DNA of 64,000 nt, from the NCBI RefSeq assembly GCF_018350175.1, contig NC_058368.1, forward strand, positions 4,650,001 through 4,714,000, written 5' to 3'. This DNA is from Felis catus. Taxonomy: Eukaryota. Below, piece after piece: positions 61,251 to 64,000 of this stretch. The notes beneath the pieces were generated by a model. It did not search any database. It saw nothing but the letters and a program-made list of their open reading frames with translations, and had not been told where the DNA came from. How positions within the stretch are numbered: the first letter of the stretch is position 1; each line of letters begins with the position of its first letter. The position numbers and the translations under genes were made by a program.

Positions 61251-63013
61251 GGTGCCCGCTGAAGGCTGAGAGGCAGGGCAGAACCAATGGGACACATCTG
61301 ATGCATCTTTGGTGATGATTCTAAATTTCAGGGAATTTAGTCTGCTGTCCCCACTGCCATGATCGCTACTATGAGAGGTACTGGAGAGACCCAACTAATA
61401 TTTGAAATCAAGCTGGTTGCTCCAGGGAACTCTCCTAATGAGGAAAACACCCAAGTGTCTTTTAAAAATGTATTTGTTGATGTTGACCACGTCAAAAGTG
61501 CAGACCAAGAGAACCTTTCGTGATCCTTTCCTTTCCGTGGCCCCGCATGGCACAATTCCTTATCTTCTCTGCTGATGGACTGTCTCTGGAAACTTCTCAG
61601 TCGGTCTCCAGGACCCAGTCTGGGCTGGGTTCAAAAGCAAACCAAGAAAGTTTGACTGATCTTGAGCTGCTTCCCCAAAAGCAAAAATGGGAGAAATGGT
61701 GTGAACCTGAGAAATAAAAATGCGACTGATGGAGAGGTGTTCTTGAAGGGATGTCACAGCAAGTCCAGAGCCTGCTGAACCAGGAGGGGCACTGGAGGGA
61801 GGCCCCGGCCCCCAGTGTGCGCTGTTCTTTCTTTTCTGTTCACTAAATGGTCTCCCGAGGTAAAAGCGCTCTCTTCTTTTACTTGAGGTAAAGCACTGAC
61901 TTCCTACATGCGCGCGCGCATGCGCGCACACACACACACACTCTGAATTGCCTTCCATATCCTCAAGTATTGGTTTCTAGTCAATTCCAACACTCAGGGA
62001 GCAACGAGGAAAATCCACAAGCAGATATGACAGACCAGCAGAGAGAGGAACAACAATCGTCCTTTTGTAGTCTTTCAAGAAACTGACTAGCAAGCAGTTC
62101 AAAAGCTATTCCAGGCCCAAAGCTATTTCTGGAGAGCCATGGTAAGTCCTACAGCACATCTGAATCCAGAAACCTAACCAAAGCCTACATTTGCTGCATA
62201 CGAACCGTGCACTTCTCAAGGAAGCACTACGAGAAGTTGTTATTCTTCCACATTCAGACTTGTAGAAAACATTTTCATGACTCAAGCAACCTGCATGCAA
62301 GTCAAACCCATAAACGCAGAGAGTGCTTTGCAAACTTAACAACACGTTCTCCATCCTTGAGCTGGTGTTTATACAACTCGCTTTATTTTCTGGTTTTATT
62401 GAAAAAGATAACAGAGCCATTTTACAGAAGTAACTTATTAGACACCCATCCAAAAAAAAAAGAGAGAGAGTTGACGTCACCATTAACAATGGTTTGAACC
62501 AAAATAACTTGCCTAAGATATTAAATAACTGAGGGAAAATGTTTTCGTGTATGCACACATCGGCTTGCAGAACTAACACTTCAGATGGCTGTTGTCCAGA
62601 TGACCTCCGCAGTAGCGTTCCGGGAACACGTCAGGGAAGAGAAGCAGGAAGGACCTCAGTGACAGCATCTGTCCTGCTTCCTGGGGGATGCTGTCCTGGG
62701 CACCCAGACCTCCAGGAAGTCAGACTTCCTCGTCCATATGTCATCACAGTAGGTAGCCCATCCTGTTAAGTGGCGTCTCTCAGAATGAACTCTACAAGAG
62801 CAGAAGTCTAGAAAGCATCCAAGAATACAGCGACAGAGCAACCCAACCAGGAACAGCATAAGAGAGTAAATGCATGGGTGAGAAGCTTCAGCAAGAGCAG
62901 AGAAGATGAAACACCGCAGCCAGACACTGAAGAACTTGGGGAGAGAGACTGAGCCCCCAGCCCAATGAGACAGGAAACAGGGAGAGACTGTGGATCAAGA
63001 GTGAGAAAACAGA

Positions 63014-63249
63014 GGGGCGCCTGGGTGGCTCAGTTGGTTAAGCGTCTGACTGCAGCTCAGGTCATGATCTCACGATCAAGTACTCAAGCCCCGCGTCGGG
63101 TTCTGTGCTGACAGCTCACAGCCTGGAGCCTGCTTCGAATTCTGTGTCTCTGTCTCTCTCTGCCCCTCCCCTGCTGATGCTCTGTCTCTCTCTGTCTCTC
63201 TCTGTCTCTCTCTCACCCTCAAAAATGAGTAAAACATTAAAAAAAAAAA
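63014..63249 (+). mobile_element. Can-SINE (felid type)
   Basis: TSD aagagtgagaaaacaga / aagagtgggaaaacaga. Confidence 0.95.
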
Positions 63250-63274
63250 GAGTGGGAAAACAGAGTGTAGGACT

Positions 63275-63400
63275 GAGGTTATAATAAAGCCACAGTGATT
63301 AAAACAGTATGGGAACAAAAATAGAGACAATCAGACCAACGGGATAAATAAGGAAACCAAAATGGACCCTTGTTTATGTGATAAACTAGGACATGGCAAG
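63275..63400 (+). mobile_element. Old L1 ORF2 fragment
   Basis: ataaagccacagtgattaaaacagtatgg..aaaaatagagacaatcagaccaa resembles the YKATVIKTVW region of ORF2. Confidence 0.6.
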
Positions 63401-63479
63401 GTGCAGTGTTAGATACTGGTAGGGCAACAGACCACATGTTGGATCTGTAATGAGCTGTGTGTGTTTAACTGATCAGAAC

Positions 63480-63610
63480 ATTTAGTTCATTTATTCAACA
63501 CACACTGGCTGTCTTTTATTTTTGGTGCCTGGCACTACACCGGGCGTGGAGATTGCAAAGGTGGATAAGGCACCAGAGGAGAGGCCGGCCTGTCCTCACT
63601 GGTGTCCCGC
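63480..63610 (-). mobile_element. L2 3' relic
   Basis: ttcatttattcaaca..gtgcctggcact..ggagattgcaaaggtggataaggca..cctgtcctca. Confidence 0.65.
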
Positions 63611-64000
63611 CATGGAGGTGGCCACAGGTCTATAGGAAAGCACAGTGGGAGGGAATGCAGAAAGGTAGGCGTGCTGCTGTCTTAAATGAGAGCGTCCTGG
63701 AGGCCAAGGAGAGAAGTATAACCCACCATATGAACTGCTGCTTCCAAGGAATGTTAGAGAAGACCCAAGAACTACCACTTACCAAGCCTTCAAGGACCAG
63801 AAATAATTCGAAACGATCTAGAGAATGGAAAAAGTGACAATGCTCCTTGACTAACTGGATATAAATGTCGTAAAACCTTAACAATTTCAAACAAGGACAG
63901 CATAAATGATAAAATCATGAGTCAGTCTGGATTAGGAACATGGAGGCAAAATAGCTGAAATAAGATATTAGCAAATAAATCTCAAAAATGTATTTTGAAA

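Noticed and set aside
1..64000. Prokaryotic-type systems (CRISPR array, operons, defence islands)
   Set aside because: The sequence is mammalian; no regularly spaced repeat-spacer array or dense coding regions are present.

Overview
Mammalian genomic DNA, almost certainly felid, because the tRNA-derived Can-SINEs include the cat-type SINEC_Fc variant. I recognise no known cellular protein-coding gene. The window holds two CpG-island promoters (~10.25-11.75 kb and ~49.9-50.75 kb). The first looks bidirectional, with six KLF/SP boxes and an RFX X-box, and appears to drive a spliced minus-strand transcript that runs off the left edge. The second has CCAAT, GC-box and YY1 motifs and may drive an ~18 kb minus-strand spliced lncRNA-like transcript ending near 32.06 kb. 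All exon models rest on splice motifs only. The remainder is ordinary mammalian repeat landscape: about 24 Can-SINEs (many with TSDs), MIR/L2 relics, five MaLR/ERVL solo LTRs, MER5/MER105 DNA transposon relics, microsatellites, and a degenerate near-full-length LINE-1 (23.2-29.55 kb). The best-supported unusual structures are (i) a younger L1 nested in that LINE-1 carrying an apparent 3' transduction inside an 11-bp TSD, and (ii) a diverged ~100-bp non-coding direct duplication (1422-1520 / 4088-4185) whose 46-bp core is 42/46 identical. Repeat subfamily names come from recalled consensus sequences, not from a database search. I cannot support a claim of a new biological system from this sequence alone.
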